A stretch of DNA of 63,117 nt, filler included, from Sphacelaria rigidula (taxonomy: Eukaryota), in the NCBI GenBank assembly GCA_964200075.2. It is 11 parts of 11 records of this genome, joined end to end, with 100 filler letters (N's around TTAATTAATTAA, not from the genome) between each part and the next. Parts side by side here need not be neighbours in the genome. Positions count along the whole stretch, not along the records: positions 45,977 to 51,623 come from CAXNAA020025588.1; positions 51,724 to 57,370 come from CAXNAA020025589.1; positions 57,471 to 63,117 come from CAXNAA020025590.1; 8 more parts are not named here. One strand, 5' to 3'. Both the position numbers and the translations under genes were made by a program. This document shows positions 48,901 through 60,489 of the stretch, piece after piece (position 1 is the stretch's first letter; each line of letters begins with the position of its first letter). The notes below the pieces were generated by a model, which was not told the origin of the DNA, did no database searches, and saw nothing but the letters and a program-made list of their open reading frames with translations.

Positions 48901-51470
48901 AACGCTTGACTGACGTGAGGTGCAAATACTCCTACCGATTTCCCAAGGTCAAGATGGACATCGGATATGGTACAGCCTATCCCTTTCGAATCGAGTTCAA
49001 AGGCTATTTCAACATTTCCATCCAACCATGGCGTTTCGGGTAAAAATAGCATCACAAATCCTGACGATGTGGACGTGTACTATATCGGCGCTAGTGGCGT
49101 ACAGCCCAAAATGTTTTCTAGACCTCGCAGTTCAATCTTGGATGGGCTTCGCCCGATGAGCCATGAGCGGCATGGTTCCAGTCTAGATGGGCTGCATTCG
49201 AACACTCCTAGGGATGATCTGGGTTGTGTAGACCGACCTTTAGTCTCGGCTGTACATGCCTGCACGTAGGAAGAACCCCAGGTAGTGGAAGATCGCACTC
49301 GCTTGTTTTTCCGGACTTAGCGATCAGTGGTCCGTGGGAAGCAGGGTTAATTCTGCATGCGTATCCACTTCCTGAAGTAGGAAGTAGATTGGTAACTGCA
49401 CCATCGAATACCAACATTCACGTAATTACCACCGCAGAAGGTTGCAGCGCTGGTGCCGCGGGTACGCTCGGCATTAATGAAGCTCATTGGGGGAAACCTG
49501 TGCCGAAAGACGGCCGGGGATTGGGCTAGCATTCAGTAATACATCACATCGCGCACTGTTATACAGTTTCTTGCCAGGAAATAAGAACACTGACTAAAGA
49601 ACAGAAGAAATCCAATGCACCAGAGGTTGATTTGAACGACTTACGTTGGATGTTGAAAGCGGTTTATTAGATGATGGGAACCGTCGAACGGTACACCAGC
49701 TCGTACCACCCACAAACCAATGGCATGGTGGAAAGGTTGAATCATACTCTGTGCCAGATGCTGTCCTATTCGGTGGCGGATGATAAGAAAAATTGAGATG
49801 ACATGTGAACACACGCTGTGGCGGCGCAAAAAAATAACGTAAGTAGAGGTATCGGGTTGGCTTCGAATGAGGTCCACATAGGGCGATACCCTAGAATGCC
49901 GATGACCATTTTAGAACGAAGAGGAGCCCAAGGGCACCAAGGTCTGAAGGCAGACCAGCTGCAATATTTGCAGCTGATGAGGGATAGACAAAAAAGAACG
50001 TACGAGCTGGCACGGCAGGAAGACTTTATCACAAAATCTAAATACGAGGTAGCGAATGGCCACTTCGACGAAATTGCCAACCGTCGACCGAAGTGGGAGG
50101 CGGGTGAGTGGGTGTTTGTCTACGATGAGAAGGGAACTCTCTCGAGGAGGAGGTTATGCGGTGGTGCCAGTGTCGGAGTCCGGGAAGAAGTCGTTTCCTC
50201 TATCGGTGAAATTGTCGCAGTGTTGGACGGGACTGTATAAAATATTGTTCGTTGGTCTAGGGACAACTGATCAAGGTGAAAAAGGGGGCAATAAACTATT
50301 GTTGCTGGACGTGAAAAATAATGAAATGGGGGGAGGCTCAAGTTCAAGGGTTGCAGTAGCTCGGTACAAATGATGTTAAAACCCGATGGACGGACCAGAA
50401 ATACCGAAGCATCTACTTTGGGGTTTAAGCCAGTACATACTCAACAAAAATTCGGAACGTTCACCACCTTTGCATTTAACGGCCGAAGACGTCAATCTAG
50501 AACTCGATACATTCCGAGTCACGCCGGTCAGCATCAGTGAACACCGGTTGTCACGAGGGTTGGGGGGGGGAAGACCATCGTGCAGTATTACACCACTTGG
50601 GACAACTGTGATAACAAAAGATGGGAAAGTGGAGAGGATCTCGAGCCATATGGGAAAGAGGTAATCTTGACATACTGGATGGGAGACCCGGTGCAGGCTT
50701 AAGGTCAGAATGACAGGTACCGTAAGTACAGATCCAGTGTGGCAAAGAGGTTGGTCGCGCGAGTGAAAGGGAATTGATATGTGCCGCCGGGATATGTTTT
50801 GACGGACGATGGCATACGAGGGCCCGATGTATATCACCCTGACATAATCGGCTGCTATATCAAAAACAAACCCAAGAAGGACAGTTGGCATCTGGCTGAA
50901 GTGGCTGGTCTGCAAGACCACCCGGAGCAACTTCCGTAGCCGCATACCTTGCGAATGTTGGACTTGGGGAAACGTTATAGTGTGCATTTGAGGAGGGAAA
51001 ATTTGAAGGTCTCGTGGGGAAAGCTGGGGGACTGGTGTCTCCATTATCATAGCTCGAAGAAAACCGCGAAGCACTTCGCCCACAACATGTGATGGAGCTC
51101 GGGTCAGCTTGGATTTGGTGACGGAGCTATGCTCGGCGCAGCGACTACACCGAGGGCGAGGAGCGGACTGCGGAAAGTAGAAAGGATGGGGGAGTCGGCA
51201 TCGGTACGTGACCCACAAGCGGAGCAGTTATCACTCATGGAGGAGGAGCTTATTTCCATGTGCAGGGTACCCAGTGTTTGCTGGGAAGCCTCTGATTGAG
51301 TTGTGTTGTTTGGATTTTGTTGTGGTTGGTTTATGTTAGGGCCGGTTTCTCTAACTAGTGTCTCCCTCGTGTATTTTTCGTACCTTTGGCTTCCTTTGGG
51401 TTGAGTTTTGCAAACCGTTTATGCAGGACAAGCATAAAGGATGAGCGTTTATACTATACAGGTAGGGGGA
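45991..51470 (+). mobile_element. Decayed Ty3/Gypsy-like LTR retrotransposon (gag, protease, integrase, chromodomain-like region)
   Basis: Knuckle-like HCLSCDSSGH. Protease DIDSGSLATFV. Pre-RT linker KYSYRFPKVKMDIGY. Integrase HPQTNGMVERLNHTLCQMLS and WTGLYKI. Chromodomain-like QYYTTWDN...WE..EDL. Purine tract GGTAGGGGGA at 51461-51470. Confidence 0.85.
47371..47555. mobile_element. MITE family A copy with perfect 37-bp TIRs, nested in the Gypsy element
   Basis: TGTAATGCGTGAGAGGACCGCGTGCTTAGAGGACCGC and its exact reverse complement. 4-bp TSD ATTC. Internal gggttaggtttagagttagtgttggggttagggtc. Confidence 0.95.
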
Positions 51471-51539
51471 TGCATGCTAGTATGTACCGGAGAAAAAAAT
51501 GAAATAAAAAAATGAATAAGTTAATCTGGGGAAATAGTG

Positions 51540-51564
51540 ATAGTAATAATACTAATAATAATGA

Positions 51565-51623
<59 letters not shown>
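51540..51623. repeat. (TAA)n/(TAC)n microsatellite
   Basis: taataat...tactactac running to the contig end. Confidence 0.95.
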
Positions 51624-54218
51624 NNNNNNNNNNNNNNNNNNNNNNNNNNNNNNNNNNNNNNNNNNNNTTAATTAATTAANNNNNNNNNNNNNNNNNNNNN
51701 NNNNNNNNNNNNNNNNNNNNNNNCGGACCAGGCTCGCACTCAATCACCAAGCGCGAAGCGCCGTGGTGTTATCGGCGACGGGGCGAAGATGGGGGGAATC
51801 ATACCATGACAAAGGCTATTCACGTGACGAGTAGCGTTACACTCGGGATACAGAGACCCTCGAGGCCTGACCCTAACCCTGACTCCCAAGGGTGGGAACC
51901 TCAGCCCTGAGAAGGGGGGTGGAGGAGTCGGAGGGTGGGGATGGGTCGCGTCATGATGTGCAACCCTCACGTGAAGCTACGCATCGGATCGGCGCCCAGA
52001 CTACAACAGTCTCACCTCTACAAGAATGGGCGACAGCAGCGTGGACATGTTTCTTGTCAGTCGGAACGGCACATCCTCCGTCTGGTCCAGCAATCCCGCC
52101 TGCGTGTACCTACCGCCGCAGCAGAATTACGGGTACGATCCGGGCGACGGTACGATCGGAGACCATGGCAACGGTTGGTGAAGGTGAAGACTAGAATTCG
52201 GGGTCACGGATGGGGTCTGATTTAGCCGTCGTGGTCGCGTGCATCTACCCCAGGCTGATGGCGGTAGTTCGGAGCGTAGACCCAAGTAGCAGTTCTATAC
52301 ACGGTCACCATACCACAGCTCAGGCAGCAAAAACTGCAACGACACGCACAAGCGGCTCCTCGTGAAACTCGGGCGAAAGAAGCAAAGTGGCACACACACC
52401 ACAAAACAAAGAACCGCATTCCATCCACGACAAACATATCGCAGAATTACTGACAACGTCCCATAGTGGATCTTGTAAATTATATTTCGTAGCATATTTC
52501 AATCTCACCCTGGACGGAATTCCCAACTGACCACCCTGGCCGTGCGTCGGTCAAAAATGATTCGGTGCGGAAACCGTTCTCCGCACGTAAACACGTGGCA
52601 CAGCAGTGACGAAATGCCCGCCTGCGCCGCGAAGTGTCGCCTGAACGCCCACGCCGCCTCCGAATCCTACGTAGGACAGCGAGTAATCAAGATATGGCAG
52701 GCAGCGAAACGGGTTGGACACACCCGAACAAAGGATGAAGCAGTGAGCTACTAAAAGCAGGAGAGGGAAGCTGGGAGACAGGAACCAACGGATTATGCCG
52801 TTCGGGTGAGGGGTAGGGCTACAACCGAGGAATGTAATAGCCACAGCAAAGACAATTTCCGCCGACTGTCCACTCCCGAGGACCTTCGAGTGGCATTGAT
52901 TTGACAGACTGACTGATTGATGGATGGATGGATTGCTTGTCTCACTTTAGCCCCCCCTCTCTCACGGATCCAGTCGTGGTCACATCATCGGCATTGGGGA
53001 AGATGAAAAAAACTCGACAAAAACAATGTCAAGTATGTATATCAAGCTCGCAGGAGTGTTTCGTCCATGCCTTTGTTCACCATCGAGCTGGTATCCATTG
53101 AAGGGGTTCTTGAGCGTTTCTGAGGAGGCTGTCTATCTACCGTTTTCTCATCATTCTTCAGGGAGAATTTCCTTCAACGGTCGTACGTTTCATGATATAT
53201 CTTCGGCAGACGACGGCGCCAATGAACCGCATGGGTCGTGGAATTACACCGTCAAGCCTTCCGTTCGAAAAGGACGCTGTTCGTTTCGGAATTCTCCATT
53301 TGTCTGACATTATAGAATCTAGCCGCAGCAGCCAAGAGCCCTCATGGTCTGGATTTGAGCGTCGACATGTCGCGAACGGCGGGCAATCTCCAACACACAT
53401 ATGTTCGATTGGACCATGACACTTTCTACGATAGCCCCCCAAAAACTATGACTGGTTTGAGGAGGCAAAATCTACACGTGAGTAAAAATAAAAGAAGCCG
53501 AGCACAACGAGCGGCTGGGAATTCCCACGCTTGGGTTCGTTTTCGCCAATGTCGCCCGTCGCCCATATGAGGAGCTTCATGCAGCCTGAAACCAAACATC
53601 AGGTGCTGTATGACCACTTTTTTCGTGACAGTTTTCGGCTGGTTGTGGGGGGCGGGGTATCGTAGAAAGTGTCCTATGTGCCGTTTTCCAGAGGTATTGT
53701 TGAAACTAGTATTGAAATTTGCTGCGAGAAAAACAGGTCTAAAAAAGAATCCTCCCCCCCGTGTCAACGATATGTTCGAGTTGTCGTCTAGATCAACTCG
53801 CCCAGGTCGCACCATGCACACAGCGATCGGACACGGCATCTTTTCGAATAGAAAAGCGGCCTCCACGAGCATATCGATGGAGGTTACAAGATTCCCATAG
53901 GCACGTGCTCTGCTCATCTCGATGCACATGAAAAACCACATAATTTGTGTTTTCTTTCAACCCTTAATTCAACCGCAGCAACAGGGAAAAAAAAAAAGAC
54001 GTGATTTTTCCGGTCGTGTACATCACGTTCCTTCGCAGTGTAATAGAGCTTGGGCTTGAGTTTGAGAAGGGCCTATTATAGTGATGACGGGTGCAGAGAG
54101 ATAGATACTCAAGCTCCGGAGAACGATGGCCAAAAGAGAGAGAAGGAAGTAAGACAGGAGGTGGCGCGCTCGCGGGGGGGGCGGGGAGGGGGCATAGTTC
54201 ATGAGACAGCAACGAACG

Positions 54219-54285
54219 AATGAAAAATAACGCGCAACTAAATAGGGAAAATGAAAAATAACGCGCAACTAAATAGGGAAAATGA
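54219..54285. repeat. 31-bp tandem duplication
   Basis: aatgaaaaataacgcgcaactaaatagggaa twice. Confidence 0.85.
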
Positions 54286-55579
54286 CGGTTTCAGAAGAAG
54301 ACATATTGGGTACGGCACAACCCAACTGAAAAATGACACGGGTGAGGCTGAAGAGTTCACGGCTGCACATCAGCACTAACCTTAACCACGCCGTGCACGT
54401 ATCGCGTGAGAATGTCCTTGCCAACGTGGTGCCTGCAGATCTCTTCGAACACCTTCATCCTTTCTTCGCTCTCCGCCTAACGCGATATAGCAATTACCGA
54501 CAGCGCAAAGCAAAAACAAGCGGTCAAACTATCACAAATTTTAATGCGCGCGAGACGATATCACCGGAAACGTCGTCGGCCCTTCTCACCCCCCCCCTCC
54601 TACCCTTTCCCGTGCGCACGTGTGATGATGAGTGCGAATGTTTTGCAGCGGACATGTCATACTGGTTTGTATCGGCCACTACCGACAGTGGGTGCACGAA
54701 CATAATGCAAGCCCGGCCCTGACCGACTGAGCAAGAAACCAAGCACGCAGTCAAACGACAACGGGTACGAGAAGAGGCATCGAACTAACTCAGCATGCAG
54801 CAGCACACCACGGCGGGATAAGCTAAGTAAGGGCAACAAGGGTAGCGTAGAGTCGACCCTCCCGGACCCCAAGAATGAAAACGAGAGAGGGACAAATCCA
54901 TCCAGGACATGAACCCACACGAAAAACACACGGCAAGACAAGCACGAGGAGAAATCTATCATCAACAAATTATCGTCACTTTTTTTGTTTCCCAAGAAAT
55001 TCCCAGATTGTGCACACGCACAAACGCAAACTCAACACACGAAAAACAGAAACATTTTACACATTGCAACCCCCCCCCCCTCCCCCAACAGACGCGAGTT
55101 CTCACCTTCTTCGCACTTTCCTTCTCGGAAGCCCCAGCCACAGCGGCGCTCACCCGCTCCCGGCATAGCATGATCGGAAAGTCGGGGTCCAGACCCTGTG
55201 AATCGTCCGTGTGAGAAATCCGTGTCAACACACAGAAGGATGTGTTTTTGTACTAAATATGGCGAGAACGTGACGTTCGTTTTGAATCAGTTTTCAGACC
55301 CGAGTCGGTGCCCAAAATCCCGACTATCGCCCAGGACGGCGATCGATGTCTGTCTACATCCCACGACCACAGGTTTTGGCGAAATAAAAGTCTGAAAATC
55401 TGATACTGCATCAAGTTATGGTCTAAGCACGTACTACTCCCCCCCCCCGTCAGTGGTCACGTCCGTAGCAGCACCTCGGGCATGAGCACATCCACCACAA
55501 AACATGCGGCAGCTCCTCTGATCCGCTTGCCTACAAGCAAGCACCACTTTACGCGTTTTGTCTTCCCCTTGTCCGAAAA

Positions 55580-55770
55580 ACCAACATCACATCCCAACCC
55601 AGCAAACATTCCTATCCCTTCCTCAAGCTTTGCTTCAACAAACAAATGAAATTCATTTATTATAAATAAATCCTTGTCCATAAAATAACAATCACTTCCC
55701 AACCCAACAAACATGACCATCCCTTCCTCAACCATTATTCAATAAGCAAATTAAATTAAATTTTCATACA
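55580..55770. repeat. ~105-bp diverged tandem duplication
   Basis: atcac(a/t)tcccaaccca(g/a)caaacat..c.atcccttcctcaa at ~55586 and ~55691. Confidence 0.65.
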
Positions 55771-57504
55771 CAACATAATTAAATTTATACATCCGTTCAT
55801 GTATCCGCTTGTACTGACAATATTCCCCCGTAATATGACAAGAGCGTATCGACTATTTTGTGTTTACTTTCGATTTTTTCAACTACCGCTCAATCTGTAC
55901 ATACCCTTTGCCCAAAAGGTGGTAGATCGTCCCAGCATCACGAGACAAACATGACGAGCAAAACGCCTCCGACCGGGGGAATAGACGCGAAAATAACGCC
56001 TCATCGCTACAAACACCCATGCAAAGGGGCTTTCTTCCGTACCCGCGAGTCACATTTTGTTGGGGGGCGTTATATTTTGCGCCGTTCGACCAAGAATCCG
56101 CCAATCATATGTAAGGGCAAGATGCATGGGAACAAGTTTTGTGATGAAAGGGCCGAGGTCGAGGCGGACACAAAAGAGGGTGAGTCGGCAATCGAGGACA
56201 ACGATGCCACTAAAAGTAGGCCATCGGGGTAAATACATTCGTACGCAGGGTGGGACACAAGAGCGACAAGCCGCTCTGGGTATAGGTTTGTGAATAAAAC
56301 ACGAGGCCGTATCCCCCCCGCGAGAACGTATCTGCACAGATGTGGCTTCTCGCGAGATTTTAAAGGTTAGTCTCGAAACCTGTGTCGGAGCAATCACGCA
56401 TGGATTTTGCTTATGTTCAACAGACACGAATGTTTGAACGACACCCAGAGTCGTTATAATAGCAGCCTCAGTACATGGATAAGGCGTTCTCACGACGTTG
56501 AGCAGCATGTGTGTGTGCGTGCGTGTGTGCTTTGATTTCGCTATACCTGTCTGTGACGGTCGGCTTCGTAGATCTCTCCCAGCGATACGAACGCCTCGTG
56601 ATCCTCCATTAGCCGCCTGCTCCAGGGAATATACACGATAAACACATGAAGGCGCAGAGACATGACACACAAGTCAGTCAGGGGCACGTATCCAACGACA
56701 ACATGAACAGCACATCACACAACGCGCAGCGGTTTGCTCTGGGGGTAGCATCGGAAAAAAAAAAAAAATGGGTACCTTCCCTTTGAACATTTTCGAGTAT
56801 TGTTAGAGTATATACCCAAACCTTTTTTCAGAACCGTACCCCCACTCCACGCATACCAATTCGATGTACAAGTATGGCTTCTACAGGCTGAAACCGTAGA
56901 GAATTATATCTTCCACAAGTGTCTCTGCTCGGTGTTTCATGGAGATCTCTGACTTGTGGCCACGGCTGGAATCCTCAGGAATCGGTTGATGTACAACGAC
57001 CAACCAACCAACCAACCAGTGAACTAACCAATCTACAGAGCAACCACAAACGCATGTGTTCATAGTTACAGTACACCGTTGTGCACCGGCTTCCGTATCA
57101 AGCACGGCATGAAACTGACATCCTCGGAGTGATGGGCACCACCACGGGAATCTGCACGGCCAAGTCGCGAGCTCTCGTCTGCTGGTCACGCTGCAGGAAC
57201 CTTCTCAGCATGGCGTGCACTTGCATCACGCGCTCGTCCGTGCGCGTTACGTGCGGGATGGCGAACTGCGAAAGGAGAGAGAGGGGGGGGGGGGGGGACG
57301 GGTCAAAAAACTGCTGGGTTGGGGGAAAGAAACTGGGGGGGAAACCAAGGGAAATCTTTTCGGTTAAAAANNNNNNNNNNNNNNNNNNNNNNNNNNNNNN
57401 NNNNNNNNNNNNNNTTAATTAATTAANNNNNNNNNNNNNNNNNNNNNNNNNNNNNNNNNNNNNNNNNNNNGTTGGGGGAAGGGGGGGAGCAGGCGAGAGA
57501 ACAG

Positions 57505-57537
57505 AGGGGGTGGGGGGGGGGGGGGGGGGGGGGGGGG

Positions 57538-57569
<32 letters not shown>

Positions 57570-57618
57570 GGGGGGCGTACTCATTTGTTGCTTGCCTTAG
57601 TCGTGTGACCATTGACCA
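57505..57618 (+). mobile_element. Long poly-G tract followed by a truncated G1 element
   Basis: ~70-nt G-run, then gcgtactcatttgttgcttgccttagtcgtgtgaccattgacca. Confidence 0.8.
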
Positions 57619-58529
57619 GGAGAGTAGCGGGGGCTCACCATGTCAACCGTGTGTGTTCGGGAGTTTCCCAGGGAACATTCTAAGCCAGGGACGTGGCTGG
57701 AGAGGCGTGTAATGATCACTCTGACCAATCACGGAATGAGCACATAGTTCTCCCACGCGTAGACTACTTCGCTGTCTAGCGGTCTCTCATTTTTGCCATG
57801 TTAATTCAACCATAGATTACATTGGCACAAATGACGCATTCTGTACTTCGCTTGAGGTCTGTGCCGCCTCTCCTACGCCTCATGTGTCGCCAGCATAGCT
57901 TGACATTCTGTAGTGTTGGTGTGGAACACTGAGCAGATGCATCGACAGCATGCAGTAAGTTGCGTAAAGTTAAAAGGGATGTCCGAGCTGGCTGCTGCTT
58001 GCCATGGTACCTAGCGGAGGGGAGATATACTGCACCCATACTGACTCTACACGCCATCGCCTGCACTGTAAAAACCAGTCAGGGGTTTTCCTCAACAAGT
58101 TCTTCAGTAGATGCCCAGCATCTGGATGATGATGAAAAAAGGCGTTTCCTGCAGCAAGAAAAAAGCTGTTCTGAACCCCAAATGTGGCATAGTTCATCTC
58201 ACGTCCGCTCGTGGGGGGGGTCGCTGTCCAAGAGTTGAGCAGCGGTAGGTCCTTTACTTGTCGTCCGCAGTTGTGTGTTCCAGCGTCTAGCGCAGATTTT
58301 CGCATGTCTCACCATGTGCCTCCCTCGATTGCCCCACTCTCCCATGGGGTGGTAAATCCCAGTGCATGGCTGAGAAAACGGTGTACGCACAACGTATATA
58401 GCGGCCACCGACTACGAGGGAAAGCAACTGACGGCATTCCACACGACTTACAAGTATTCCCTGCCGATTCAAAAATACGCAGCAGTCAAGTTTCTCTTCT
58501 GTCCGTGCTGACCCCTCCGCTCGGCACAG

Positions 58530-58601
58530 GTAATATCCCCGAAGAGCTGGGACTGCTCATCGCTTTGGAAACGCTGTGGCTGAACGGCAACGGGCTGACA
58601 G
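58530..58601 (+). CDS. 72-nt phase-1/phase-1 exon encoding one 24-aa leucine-rich repeat (ROCO/LRR-receptor type)
   Basis: Acceptor cacAG at 58528-58529, then GNIPEELGLLIALETLWLNGNGLT(G), then donor GTGAGC at 58602. Matches the GxIPxELGxLxxLxxLxLxxNxLT consensus. Confidence 0.9.
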
Positions 58602-59049
58602 GTGAGCTGCTTTGTGACGTTTCTAAAGCGACTACTGGGTGATGGCCGACAGCTAGGACGGCAGTTCTGCTTTTTTTGTCGTGGCAGTCAGTGCCTCGCT
58701 TAGGGCGACGCGTTGTACAATGCGCCAGGCCAGATACGCCGTTTCACTTCGGGTATTGGTGCGGTGCTCGTGCTTCCTATCGGGACCCGACGTTGTGCGA
58801 TGGGCTGGGCCGGAAAGGCTTCGTTTACTCTGTCCGGCAAGGTTGGGCAGGAGTGTCACCTATTACATCTTTCTGCTTAGGAACATCGTCCCTCTGGTAT
58901 GACGTAAATTTCAGAGGACTATACTCCTTCGACCTTCGGCGAGCTGCGTTTGTTCGCTTTACCGACCGAAGCCGTGGCGCATTCCCATCAATCTCCTCAG
59001 TAGTTGAATACTAACAAACGCTTCGAAGTCCTACCTACGCTATATGAGC

Positions 59050-59715
59050 CAGATGCAGAAGATATGCGCCGATATTTGAGCAAATCCGGAGCACCCCACC
59101 CGAAACCGCAATTTCAGTTTTCTCCCCGGGTCCAATAGGCCATGCAGACATGTTTCCGTGCCTATCCTTGTCTCAAGCCTTCGTATATCTCCAGTTGTTC
59201 TTCCTCGTCTACTTCACGTCTGAGCCTTTCTTTTTGCACTGTGTCTATCATGCCTCTTGTACCCCGCGCCATCACCTACGGACAGTATTTCGTGTTGGTA
59301 TCTCCCTTTCTACTTCCATGCGTTCTCGGCTTCTCTATCCCACCCTATCCCAGCCTTCCCGTTCGTTACTTTCTTCAATACAGCCCTATCAACTATGACT
59401 GGCAATCTCTTGTACTACAGATTTTGAAGTTATTTTACCTGTTCAATATCCTCATGTCTCTGTTTGGAGTGGGTACATTCCCAACTCTGCTCTCAATGCT
59501 GTGTTCCTCGTCGTGTTCTAGCGCCCAAGTATTTCCTTGGCTGCTGCAGTCGGTACTGTTTCCAACTTCTTCACCAACTTACGTTCCCCTTCCATACTTC
59601 TCTTGCATATTCCAACCCTGGTACAATCAAGATTGTAGGGGTGGAAATTTTCATTTTCGGGTGTCTCGAAATAACCTTTTCTGTTTGGAGGCACTTTACT
59701 CTGTAGAATTCGCAC
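59050..59715 (-). pseudogene. Decayed LINE ORF2 C-terminal remnant
   Basis: Minus-strand EGERKLVKKLETVPTAAAKEILG, NTALRAELGMYPL and KLRFRVG resemble the post-RT region of non-LTR elements. Many stops. Confidence 0.65.
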
Positions 59716-60027
59716 AGCTGTACGGAAAGCATGACTAGTATTGGCGAAAGCGCCGAAGATTAACGGTCTGCGGCGATGTACGACTCGCTCTCTAGAGAAA
59801 ACATTTCACTCGAGGCAAATGCGTCGAGAAAAAACACCCAAAATGAGGGTGTGTATATTTGTAGTAGCACTCCATAGTACCAGGTTTTCCGAACCAGCAC
59901 CCTAAAACCCTAACCCTGACCTCGGCCATGTTTCAAGGGGAGAAGATGCAAAACGTGAAGAAGGCATATGCTGTTGTGATGGATGTGTTACTTCATGCGG
60001 ATTACGTATGACCATCAGGGACATCAG

Positions 60028-60489
60028 TAACAACATATTCGTGAGATTCAGAGCGTAATATCGGATTCAGAGTGGATGCTCTAGCGTTCCTAACAGGAAA
60101 CTTTTGTTTTTTTCGCTTGAGCACACGTCCTGTGCATGCAGCTACCGTACACTACCCCATTCAAGGAATTCGGCGGTCTGGTTGGTGAGATACCGCACAA
60201 AGCATTTTTACGCCTGGGGGGGGGATTCGGAACTGAAACTGTTTCAGGCACTAATCGGTTTTTCCTTACAGAGGGGACCTTTTGTTGCAATGGACTGACT
60301 ACGTCGTTGCGATCAAGTGATGTGCCAAATTGATCGTGTAGGTGACAGCTTTCATTGAAGCCACCGCTTCACCAGCTAGGCGCATTACTCCTCGAACTGT
60401 GGCAATGTCAAAATCGACGGGAAAGTCAATTGTTTCGAGTCTCACTCTGAATCCGATGTTACACTCTGAATCTCACGAATATAGTGTTA
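60028..60489. mobile_element. TIR family C non-autonomous element (~460 bp)
   Basis: ~47-bp TIRs taacaacatattcgtgagattcagagcgtaatatcggattcagagtg / cactctgaatccgatgttacactctgaatctcacgaatatagtgtta. Imperfect flanking repeat atcagt/agcagt. Confidence 0.8.

Noticed and set aside
57415..57612. Poly-proline protein
   Set aside because: It is a translation of the poly-G tract and spans the N spacer.
59142..59738. 198-aa plus-strand ORF
   Set aside because: It is the antisense shadow of the decayed LINE on the minus strand.
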